Shown here: in pieces, positions 1 through 12,000 of the stretch
Numbering within the stretch: position 1 is the first letter of the stretch
Layout: each line of letters starts with the position of its first letter
Source: Amoebophrya sp. A120
Taxonomy: Eukaryota > Protista > Dinoflagellata
Reading direction: 5' to 3'
Assembly (NCBI GenBank): GCA_905178155.1
Contig: CAJINV010000016.1
Span: 1,269,386-1,333,385 of the forward strand
Length of the DNA: 64,000 nucleotides
Program-made: the position numbers and the translations under genes
Notes under the pieces: generated by a model
Told to the model about the DNA's origin: nothing
Databases searched by the model: none
Seen by the model: the letters and a program-made list of their open reading frames with translations, nothing else

Positions 1-3000
1 TGTAGCTTAAAACCGTGGGGTCGGTTGTGTGGACTTTTTCGACGACAGAGTCTAACGAGTCTCTTTCCGGAATCAAATTTTTCAATTGCGGAAACACGTC
101 CCAGCTCGGTTTGGGAATGAAACGTTTGTTCTTGATCGGCTTCTCTGGTAATCCGGTGTCTTTTTGAGTTTGGTTCAATTTTCCATAGTAGTCGGAGGAC
201 TGCGAAGCTCCGGAATCCGAGTCGTAGATCCCGTGTTTCATGAAAAGCTGCTGCGCTGTATCACAAGAAAAAGTGTTAACGTTAGCGGTTTTCACAGAAT
301 GCAGTCACGCATGACAGTTTTTGCCCAATATGCTTGCTATGCATGACAAATTTGGGCACCTTTTGTGTTGCATTACTGCATCACAAATTCGAATTCCGTT
401 AACCTTAACACTTTTCCCTGTGATACGCTGATGTTTGGTCATCTCCTTCTCCCCGGAGCGCCTTCTCCTCGGCTTCCAACCGATGTCTTTCCTCCTCGAC
501 GTGATCCGCGTGTTTCTGCAACTCGGATTCGTAGAAGTGGGAGTTCTTCTCCGCTTCGAGGCGTTTCTGTTCCGCTGCTTTTGCTTCCTCTGCCGCTAGC
601 TTCGCTTCTTCCTCTCGTTTTGCGTCGGACATGAGGGAGGAGAGGAGTTTTTCCTGCTCTTGTCGGTACTCCTCGTCGGTATCGAGAGGTTTCTCGTCTT
701 CTGCCGCATGATCTTCCTCCGCTTCAATAGCTTCGCCCTGAGCTGCTGCTGCAGCAGCATCCGCAGGACCACCAGCTTCTGCTCCGTTCGCGTCGCCATC
801 GCCTGCAGCAGGATTAGCAGCTTCCGCGTCTGCCATCTGCTCCGCAGTGGCTGCAGGGTCGTGATCTTCGCCGAGATTCTCCTGCGAAAAGAATGACGAA
901 ATTGCTGACTTTTTCTCTTTTTTGTTCATTTCGGAGATCGTCTTCGCTTTCTCCACCACTGCTTCTGGATCGGATTCTGCGTTTTCCAATTGCTGAATTT
1001 CCCAAGCAGATTTTTCCACCTCCATTTCTTCGGCGTCTAACTTCACTTCTATGACCGCGTGATCGAGTAACTGCTTTGTCTCTTCCTCCGCATCTTGCTC
1101 TTTCGGCTCCTCGTCCTGCTGCGCAGCACCTTCGTCACCGTCGTCCGGAGAGGACTTAGCTTTCTTTGCAACAGGTTTAACATTAGCATCCCCGCCAACT
1201 ACTGCAGCCAGTTCTTCCGTCAACCTCGCCTCCAACTTGGAAACTTGCATCTTCCCTAATTCCTCGATTTTCATTTTCGATTTTTTTTCCTGCAGTCGCA
1301 GTTCCAAAATCGCGCTCTTGTGCTTCTCGATCCTTTCCTTCACAAGTCTTTTCCTCTCCTTTCTCCTCTCCTCAGAAGATTCCTTCGCTTCTTTCAACGT
1401 GGTTAATTGCCCCTGCATATCAAATGCAAAAGCGTCTGGGCGGTCTGGAAGATTGCCAGGTTTGTCATGCACATTTTGCATGACTCCTGATGTCTGTGAT
1501 GCATGCCCTAGCGTCACAGATTTTGTGAGGGCCTCCTGATGCCTATACCACATGACAAATGCTCTTTCCGTGTAGCAAAACTTGGATTCTCTTTGCTGCT
1601 CATGCAATACAGATTTTTTCAAAATCCAAAATCAGCATTACAAGTTGGATTCTTCCAGACCCAGACATTTTTACATTTGATACTGCACGTCATTCGTCTG
1701 TTCCTCACAGAACTGCTTAAAATCCTCCGCATCTACCCACGCTTCTATCGGGGCGGTCAACGTATCCGCAGCACCGGACTGTTGGAATTGCAGCGCCAAG
1801 CTGGTTATGCACGGTAAATTTCCTCCTGCGCAGGTACAAATGCGGTTTCTGCATGGCAAAACTTGGTTTCGATCCTAGTTTAGCATGACAAGTTTTGCGC
1901 TCCAAATTAGTGAAATTTGTGATGCATCTGGTACATTTACGGGAAATTTGTATTGCATAGTGGTGACGTCAATGGAGGATGGTGCTGTTTTTGATTTGTC
2001 CTCTCTAACAAGAACAACTCCTCGACCCTCGTATTTCGCAGTTCGGTACTTCTCCCGACTCTCTAACTATCAAATGCAAAAGTGTCTGGGTCTGGAAACT
2101 TGTAATGCTGCGTTGGGACTAGTGAATGCTCTGTAATGCCCAGCCAAGCATGAGAAATATCTGCGCTTCGTTGTGTTGCGTTTTTCGCATGACAAACTGC
2201 GTTTTTGCATAACAAACAAAAGGGCGTCTTCTTGGACACGCATCACAAACTTTTTGGTCATCCCAGACAAGCATGACAAATCGCGCATTCTTCCAGACCC
2301 AGACATTTTTACATTTGATACTAACCGCCACTTCGCGAAATCGGCGAGGAAGTCCGGTTTTTTGCTCTCACTTGCTCCAGGTCCAGCAGCCGCTGCAGAA
2401 CCTCCCGCGGTGCTCCCGTCTAGCATGAGAGATTTCGGCAGTTCGGATTTCACAACCTCTTCCACGGATACTTCCGGGACTTCGACCGGCAGATCCCCCG
2501 GATGGGGTTGTGATTCCACGTAGGACTCTATCGCGTTGTCCAAAGCCCTCAGTCCGACGAGCAGCACTTGGTCCTGGTCCGTTGGAGTCTCCATTTTGTC
2601 CGTCGCGGGTGTGACCTGGGTGGAAGGACGCTGCGACTCGGGTAAATCGCTTGGTTTATCTCCTGCTTCTTTCTCCAACAGGTCCCGGATTTCGCCCGCT
2701 TGGAAGTCGCCAGACTGCTCGCCCACTGTTCCATCAACTAGATTCACTTGTTGCGTGGTCGGTGGTCCACCTACTTTTTGCTGTATCACCACTGGCTCTG
2801 GGATGTAGACGACGCATTCCCTCGCCCGCTTGATGCTTTCCTCGTCTATCCTGTGTAAAGACGTCCCCACCCCAGAGTTGTCATGCTAAACAAAATGCGA
2901 CACACTTTGCCCCCCCATTGTAGCATGGCCGCAGATGGCTTGCCACGCAGGGCGGGTGGGTCAGGCGGACACCGAAATGCCATCACCATCATCTCCCGGC

Positions 3001-6000
3001 CACTATATCCCAACTCTGTTTTCGCCAACCAACCATACTGCGCCAACAACCATACTGTGCCAACTTGTGCCAACTTGCCAACAGAACAACGCCTCACTTT
3101 TATGCCAACAATTCCTACCACTGATTCTCGCAAACTTCCAACTCGCTACCACTATAACGGGAGTATACAGCCAGGCTCACAACAACAAGAAAAAGCTGCA
3201 GCCTGCGGCAAAACCCGTAATTCCTGTCTGGATGAATGCATTCACTGGAGACACTAAGCGACAAGCGCCAGCCTGAAGTGACGTTTAAACAACCAAGTTA
3301 AAGGTAAAAGATGCGAGATTGAATACTGATCTTCCTGATCGCTAGACTTGGCGTTCAAGAAGCATGCTTTCCACATGACCGGAAGCTCGAGGCACAGAAA
3401 TACAATTGGCAAGGCAGCACAAGTAGAACACGACTCTGCACCCAATCCGCAGGCAGCACAAGAAGAAAATGACTCTGCACCCGAACCGCTGGGCTCACGG
3501 AACCACCGGGTCTATTATCGGTTTCCTGCTTCGTGGGCACCCACTTGGATCGTTGTCAGGGGCTGCTAACTCGAAGGCGATCCAGTCAGGCGTCGTTCAC
3601 AGCCTCAGCGGCGCCCGACTAGCTACCCGTCCCGGGTACTTGCGTCTCCGCCGACAAGTACTGAAACTCGTGCAGCTCGGGAACCCGCGACAGCCGGAGA
3701 TCGGGGGAAGTGGTTTTGCCCGCGCGCCGCCCCTCGGCGGCTTCTCGCTACCCCGGCTTCGACACCCTCGCGCGAATACCGCCTGAGTCCTCGTATTCCG
3801 TATACTCTAGGCGAGTGCCATCCGAAGGTGAAACATGCGACTTCCACCGGCCCGTTCTAAGGTGGAGGCGATCCGGTGCGACCCGAGCCTTGCCCTTCAA
3901 CACATATGCACGTAGTCGCCAGCCTACTGCATCGCAGTAGCGCCTCTCCTACGGAGCTGCATTACACCTTGCCTCAAAGTTCTGTTATCGTGAGCTCTTG
4001 TCCGCGCGCCTAGATTGGAGGAAGATAATCTTAGAGAAAAACTACATAGCTCACTAGCTTAGCAGGGGGACCAGGCGAGACGGATGCAGTAAAGCCTGTT
4101 GCTCGCTGTCTTTTTATGAACTGCTTCTGTTCAAAAACCTTAGGAGAAATGAGCAACGCACCAGCCTAGCACGGGAACAAGGCGAGACGGATGGATCCAA
4201 TAATAACGCCGCTTTTGGTTCGTGTTGCGCGTTGTGGAATACCAAAACTTATCAGCTCACGGAAACCTACATGGACATGTTTGAGAGGCCTTTTACTGAG
4301 CGACTACTCAGACTGATTCGGGGGGGGCTGGCGGTCTGGACATCGGGCCAGGCGGGGAGGCTGGGGGAGGATCTGAGGACTGAGTGGGCGTCCTCCCTGG
4401 CTGAACGCACGTCCTCTCCTCTGGTGCGGCGACTGACACCACGATACTGCTCCGCCGCTCCGCAGCACGGCCCTCGTCGTCGACCATAGTATGATGGCGT
4501 ATTCTCATCTGAAAGAGGAGGCAGAACACGCATGGGATCTTGTCGCTAGATTTTTATATGTATGTGGGCACTTGCTCACGTGCTTGCATTATCAGGGACG
4601 GCGGGATTGCTCTTACGAGGGTGTAGTGTATCTGATTGGGCCTGGCGTGGCCTTGCCTCCTTCCTAGCGCATGGGAAGAGTTTGCATATCCTGCAGCATA
4701 GCGTCCTAAGAGCAATGCCGCAACGCAACGCCAAAAGATGCAGAACATAGCGAAAACCGCATGACAAGAGAGCACGTCGAGCTTCTACCATCTTGCGACC
4801 CTTACATCTCCCGCGTTCTGCCTGAGGGGGAATGGATAATTTAGCCCGTCTGCACGGAGCCTGTCGTCGTTGCTGCTTGCGAGGGCCGTGCCGCCACCCC
4901 GGTCGTGCTACTAACCCTTTCTGGACGAGAGGCCCGACGCGCAACGAGCGTCGGGAGAGTCAGAAGAAGTTTTCTTCTATCATTCAACGACGCGGGCGAG
5001 GCAACTTCGCCAGGAAGCGGAGACCTCGCATCTTTATCTCTCGTGGAAATGCCTCCGGAGCCGACCACTGCCCCTCTTCACGCCGCTTTGCTTGGCAGGG
5101 AACAAGGTGGTCGCATCTCGCACAACCTGAATGCCCAACTCGAGGCTCGTCGTGGTTCGCCCACGCGTGTAGGCGCGTCCATTGTGATTTCTTTTTGGCG
5201 ACGCGGGGGCTATGTTGCGTGCTCTACCGGCGCCGTGGCGTCGTAGTGAGTGTATGTCTTGTGCGCCAGCACGATTTCCCTCAGTGGGGCGGCGTCCAGC
5301 GGGCCTAGGATTTGAATTGGCGTATTGTCAGAATTTGTGGTAATCAGGAGTATTGATGCTGATACTTCAGCAGCAAGTGCTTCCAGCACTACATGATCTC
5401 CCCAACATTTGTCTTGGGAATGCTGGTGGATGTACTCTGCCCACTCGCTGTCGGAGCCGACGAACGGCTGATAGTGTGCGCGGCGGAGGATGAGGCTCTG
5501 AATGGCACGACGCCGGAAATGGTTGTAGTTTGCTTCTGACCCAGTAACCATTCTGCTAACCGCCCGACACATGCAGTTTCCATCGCCGATCACTTTGTCT
5601 AGGCGGAGGCCCCGCCCTGCGAGGCGTCCCCGTAGTCTGGCTTCTAGTCGCGCGTCTGCCTCAGCTTCCTTGAGGGAGATCTCCACAGCTTGATCCATCG
5701 CCGATCGCTTCCCAAGTGCTGCATCCTGGCTAGGAATGTTGGAACCGAAAACCCGCTGCGGGATCGTCTGCGGCCGACTTAGGTGCAGTGGACCGGGAGG
5801 TAGGCGCACTTGCTGGAACTCGTGGACAGGGGGGGGAGACGGGCCCCCATTAGTTGCTACCGCTGGGCTTGGGGGCTGCATCTGTGATGGTGCTTGCCGC
5901 TCCCTGGAGCGGCTTCTGACACGGGAGTCGGCGTTTCGCCAATCGGCGACTTTACGGGGGCCACCGGGCGCGGCCCTGTTTGGCCTCTTCCAGCAGAGCC

Positions 6001-9000
6001 TAGCGCGAACATCTTCGATTTCTGCCTCCGGGACTTGCGTGTGCCCGGGCTCCGCTGTGTACATGCGGTGGACCATTGGTGGGACGTGGGACCGGAGACC
6101 CGGAACCGCGGACGGGTCTTGTGTTGCTGAGGGTGGCGGCGCACGCATGCGCGAGGCCTCCACCATGTTGTGAAATACCTCCGCTGCCCGGTCGATGTTC
6201 TTCTGTACTTCGGGGTCTGGCATGACATCGTCCCGAGGCTGGCGAGCGGGGGCTTCGACAGGCCACGTTCCTTTGGGCGGGGGGGGAAGACCTATGAGGG
6301 TGAGGAACACCCTCAACACCTCAGCCGGCTTTTTCATGATCTTCGAGACCGATGGCAGCACCTCTCCCGCCTCCAGCGGAAAGTTGTCGCACATGGCCTT
6401 GCACTCCAGAGTTAGCACATGCTTTGCAAATTGCGAGATCAACACTTGCCGGCCTTGCGACTGAGATTGCCTTTTTTCTCCGGCCTCCGGGGGAGACGGC
6501 GGAGGGGATTCGCTCGTCGGCTCCTGTAACGCAGCCGCCGCGCGATCTATCGAGCCAAACTCCTCTTCGTCCACCGCCATGTCGTCCGCGCCCTGGCTTG
6601 GGTGCTGCGACTCTGCATACATCTGTTGCGAGAAACACACTGCAGCATCTAGCTTCTTGCTGCATAAGCCACATTTTAGGTGAGAGGAGCCGACTACACT
6701 CCTGGCAGCACGCGCTGCTTCCCTTCCGTCGCCCGAGCAGAGACTCCATACGATCCACTGCGACGTGGGGGTGAGGCCGCGAAGGACACGGCGGGCGTTT
6801 CCTAACTGGGAGGCGATTCTCCCTCGGCACGCTCCTGTTTTTGATTGAGCGGCCCGAGTTTGTAGCTGCCGCGCTACTTCCGCCCGCAGGCACTTGCGGG
6901 CGAACTCCCGCAACTGCCGTAGCGGAACGCGCAGGCTTACGTAGTTCGTCAGCGGCTCACTCGGCAATAATGTAGACTTCTGCAAGATGTCGGCCTCGCT
7001 GTGCGGGGATATCCCCGAGTGCCCAGGGCACCAGTGGAATATGAAGGTGATGTCAGGGCGCCGGTCCGCTAGCTTCGTGATGGCCGCCCGGATTTCTTGC
7101 CATGTTTCCTCCGTGCGGAGGGACTGAATGTTCTCCAGCGCCGGGCTGGCATCGCACTGGAAGATCACGAACCTCAGGGCCGGGTCCCAAATCGGCGACA
7201 AGTCTTCGTCTAAGCTGTCCGCCAGCATCAGAACTGCCGCTGCGTGGGCGCCTGACTCACCCCAAAACGTGGTCAGTGTGTGTCGCAACCTCATTGCTAG
7301 AGCAAACTTACCTTCTTCGTCGCAACCCCTCCTCATGACCACCGTCCCCATGCGCTGCTTGGGGCCGGGCCCAGGTTCTGCACCCGGATCGTCGCCACTA
7401 TCCGTTGCCACCCAGAGGAGAGCGGGCCCCAGGGACCTTTCTAGGCCTCGAAATTCGTCGCGGACCCGGGCCGCGACTTCTGGAGTGTTAGCTTTACTGA
7501 GCGCCAGGTCGTATTTTTGGAAGACTGCGGACGCAGGAAGAATGTGGACGTTGCTTGGCAGGGGGTCAGCTGGGATGAGGTTGTGCGAAATAGGGAGTGA
7601 CGCCCAACCCTCTCGCCTCATGTTGAAGACATCCTGCACCTTTGATGACCGGGCGAACTCCGCGTCGTCCAGGCCTATCGCCTGCACGCAGAGGGTAGTG
7701 CGCTCACCTAGCGCCGCTGTGGAGGGCACTACGGCCCCCGCGCTGATGAAGGTGCTGTACGTCGGAGCCGTGAAGGAGATGCGAAGCATGCGGCGCAACG
7801 CTGTCTCCGCGATGTCGTCCAGTTTGATCAACGCGCCCGGACACAGGAGCGACTTTGCGCTTGCCATGTACTGCAGCGCGTTGAATGCCTTCTCGTGGTA
7901 TTTGTTAATTGCTGCAAGCGGGGAGGCGGCTGCCGCATCTACGGCGTCCTCGTCTGTGGACGAGCATGAGAGGACTCGGCGGCGTTGGTCCTCGAAGTGT
8001 TGCTCCCAAGCCTCGGGGTTTACTGTAAGTGGCATCCCGAGGACTGTGATGTAGTTCGCCTTATTATACCTACGAAACAGCCCGGGAAGCCGGACCGACT
8101 TCGGCGCATCGGGGTCCAGTTCCACCTCGACTTCCGGTGGGCAGAGCGTCACGCCGTTGCTGAGCGTAACACGAATCCGCTTCAAAAACTGCTCCAGTTT
8201 TTTCTCGTCACCGGCGGCATGTTCTGGCGAGCGAAGAACGGCCATTCTCCAGTCCGAGACCGGGTAGGGGATTGACAAGAGCTTGTTGCCCCTGTCCTGC
8301 AATTTCTTCACCATCTCGCCCTCGGATTCTGCTGTTACGAAAATTGCGATGTCGTCGCAGTAGGCCGCGACGCACTCCCCCAGCGTGGAATACAGGCCGG
8401 CGGCGATGAGGTGCTTTTCCACACAAGCCCGGAAGAGGGCAGGCGATAACAATGTGCCCTGGCCCAACCCATCGCAGATAGGAAACGCCACCCCCATCAG
8501 CCCGTCCACGGCAATCCGCACCGTTCGCCCAGTCATCCAGTAGCACACTGCCTGCATTACTTGCCGGGATGCCCCCCGCTCTAACAGAACCTGAAGGACT
8601 TCGAGGAGGCTGCAATTTTCGAAGCCCCCCGTAACGTCCGCGACTATCACCGCGACGTATTTGGCGTTCCCTTGCATGGTGCGGATCAGGGCTCGCAGCA
8701 GGCCGACGGCGGGGGATAGCCCCGGAATGAATGCCGTATTGTCTCGGAAGACATTGAGAGACTGCTGTAGTTCGCCGTGCAGGATGCTTTCCGTGAATTT
8801 ATCTTCGACATTCAGCATCGAAATAGGCCGCCAATAGCGACCCAAAAACTTCGAAGCCCCTTTTTTGTTGTGCTTGTAAAGCCAAGACACTAGGTATTGT
8901 TTCGTCCAGGTAGGGGGGTCGTGGTAGTCGTTGAGGGCGCGGCATACTATATCGCACAGAAGGACACAGAGTTCTAGGGAGGCGAGCAGCAGCGCGGGCG

Positions 9001-12000
9001 GGACGCCGTTGCTGCCTGCGGCGGCGTGGGGGTTCAGCCGCTTCTGCGCTCGCATCGCCATGTCACGGGTAGGCTTCAACGGTCTAGATGGTGCCGCTGC
9101 GATTAATTTCGCCGCGGCCGCCGCCACGTCGTGCTCCTCTTCTGGGGTGCGCAACAGCCCGGCTGGCTTGTTTTCGCATAGCCGCACTCGGAATTGGTTC
9201 ATCGTCTCTTCTGTCGACGCGGTGAGGGATCCATCCCCACGTAGTAATGCGAGGTGAACGGAGGGAAGACGGGACTTGTTGTGTGGGGCTTTTGCCCGAT
9301 CAAGTGCTGTCGCCAAGGTGTCACCCGTGAAAGACGGCTCCTGCCCCGACGCAGCCGCGGATGCATCGGAGAGAACCTGGCCCAGCGTTTCCTGGTCTAT
9401 GCTGCTCCAGTGGAATACCTTTCGCCGGGTGAGCGATTGCGGGCAGGAGATGCTGTCTGGCCGGTCTTGCTTTTCTTGCCACCCGTCTGCGTTGGCGCCT
9501 AGGGCCGACCCATCCTGCCGCAGTTCGCAATCGATGCGAAGATGAGCGGCCCCGTTCATCGTAAGGTAGCGCGGTTCGACGAGCCGCGTGCATAGCACCG
9601 TTTCCGTGGTCCGAGGCTTGAGCAGGACGACGTCCGGCTGGGATTCCCCGGAGGGGAAAGTTACATCGTCCGCCTGCAGTGCGGAGGTGAGCCCTTCTGC
9701 TGTCGCGAATTGTGACAGTTGGCTTTGCAGCCAGTTCCCGCGGGGTGTGTCCGCTAGCACAGGGCCCGTGCTGGCGTTTAAGTCCCCGGCGATGCCTACC
9801 ACCTCCGCGGCATTGCTTCTCGCGAAGTTCATGAGGCTTTCGCGCTGCCCTCGGACTGGTAACTCTGGAACGCTGCATGAGGCTGGAGGAATGTAGCCGG
9901 CCAAGAGACGCCCCGCGATGTCCTCGTGGGCTACTAAGATGCAGGCCATGTTCGGTGCCCCTGGGATGGCCGCTGCGATTGCGTGGTCTGCAGGCCGGAG
10001 AGAGTGCGCCACTAACACCATGGCTCGGGGGGCGGACCAGATGAAGAACCGCCCAAGGAGTGTGCGGTAAATCAGGTCCCGGATTGGTTGCTGCAGTGCT
10101 TGAGTCGGCGTGTCGGATTCCGACACGACGACTACCAGCGCCCGCGACGCGTTGATCTCATGCACCAGCAACGGCCACTGTGAAGTGAGCGCGCGAGACA
10201 TGTTTATCGCCATGATCACGAAGCGCCGCCCTTTGGACCAGTCCTTGTCCGGCTTGGGTAGCCCGCCGGTGAAGTTCAGTCGGAGGCTGGCCAAGTGGTA
10301 CGCGGTCGATGTAGTTATTTCCCTTCTATTGTCTGTTTCCCCCCTGCGAACGCCCGGCGCCAGAACTCCTTGCGCCAGCTCCGCTAACTTCGCTAGCATC
10401 GCGCTCTGCAAGCGGCCGTGGCGCCCGATTCTGCACAATATCACATGTGCCAGCAGTGACGCTGGTTGTGCAGTTTCTTCTCCACAATGTGAACAGACGT
10501 AGAGCGCGTGCTGCTGAAATTCGATCTGCGACTGGGACTGGCTAACCGGAACGCGGAGGTACACCGGATAATCTGAGGAGGGGGCGGGGGAGTCGCTTTC
10601 GCCGGGTTTCGGGAACCATTTCGTCGGCCTTGGCTCGTCCGGTGGCGCCCGAGTGACTTCTAAAAAGGAGGCCAAGTACGGGTGGACCATCGGGTTGCTC
10701 GCCTGTGTGGCTTCTAGCCGGCCCGTTGCTGCTCGCACGCATTCCGCACAACGCCCATGCTGTTCGAGTTTGTTTACGGCAAGGTTCCACCGGCTGAGGC
10801 CCCGCGTTGGTGCGCAGATCATGTCCTCGACCTCTGAAGCGTCGGCCGCGGGCCGGTCGTGCATTGACCAGAAGAAAGTTCCCGGCGCCGCTGATTCGAT
10901 CTGCCGCTTCAGGCACCCGTGGCCCTTCGTCACCACTGCCTTGTCCTCGTCGTTGTCTACGCACCTGATTCCCGCGCTGATGAGCGCCTCTGGGTTTGGC
11001 GGACGGTCACACCAGTCCGAGGTTGTAAAGCCGCCGTAGTTGTGAATAGCCGCGGCCCCTTTGCGCCTCGGCATGCGGCGCGGATCGATTCTGATGCCGT
11101 GGTCTGTGCGGCGAAGAGCTACACCGTCGCTGGCTGCACTCGATAGCGGCCAGACGCCGGCGTAATCCGGGAAGCAGTCTGGGATTTCTGCGAGAGGACC
11201 CTCGCGGCAGGAGGTCGCCCGCCATACCGCTAGCGGAATTTCTGTTTCGTAGAACTTTTTACCCCCCGGTATGCACACCCCTCGGCGAAGCGCTTCTTCT
11301 GCAGCCTGTATCCTCTTAGACTCGCGCTCCCCCTCCTTCGCCGGGCGCGACATTTCCGCAAGGCAATGCGGGCCACATTCTAGTAGTAAGTTGTGCCGCT
11401 GTGCAGAACGGAATGCTGCTGCTGTGTGCTTCGGTACCATGCGCGCCACTTTTTGCAGTTTGGTCAGTGACCCCGCTGGAAGAAACGCCGGCGTTAGTAC
11501 GAACGCCTTGTTTGCTACGTATGTATCTGGGATCGCGTCCTCGTCTACCGCCGGAAGCGGGAGACCCGGCGGCCCGTCGCCCACGTTGGCATTTGGCGCC
11601 TCTGGGACGGGGGCGAGCTGCTCGAGCCGCTTGATTACAGCCGCGCGTATCGCTGCCATTGCCAACAGAGGCACGACCCACATCGTCGCTCTTTCTGCCC
11701 ACTTCCTGCGTGCTCTGTGCCCGACGAGCCCGCGTCTAGAGCTGTGCGGTGCACTGAAGGATTAGTGTCTTCGCTTTCTGTCTTGTGCCAGCCTATACCA
11801 ATAATAATTTAACTTCTATACATCAGTATATCACCAGAGTTGTCATGCAGATTTACCATGACAGGAACATTTGTGATGCGCAACCCCATGACAGGCATTT
11901 TCAATCGTGTTTGGGAACTTGTGATGCTGTAAACAGGATCAGAAGGTCGATTTGTGATGCGGCTTTCCTTGCTAACTTGCACTACCTTACGGACTGAAAC

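Noticed and set aside
405-2870. ORF-track proteins with tails such as LPDPDTF, YALQKYRT or MHCKSIVLV as a repeated protein domain
   Set aside because: These are read-through translations of introner TIRs, not real coding sequence.
5736-11765. Many plus-strand ORFs (e.g. 7128-8054, 308 aa) over the retroelement
   Set aside because: Antisense shadows of a GC-rich coding ORF, with no motifs.
11684-11833. HDV-like ribozyme (Pr77-type) at the retroelement 5' end
   Set aside because: I could not build the nested double pseudoknot by eye; it needs a covariance search.
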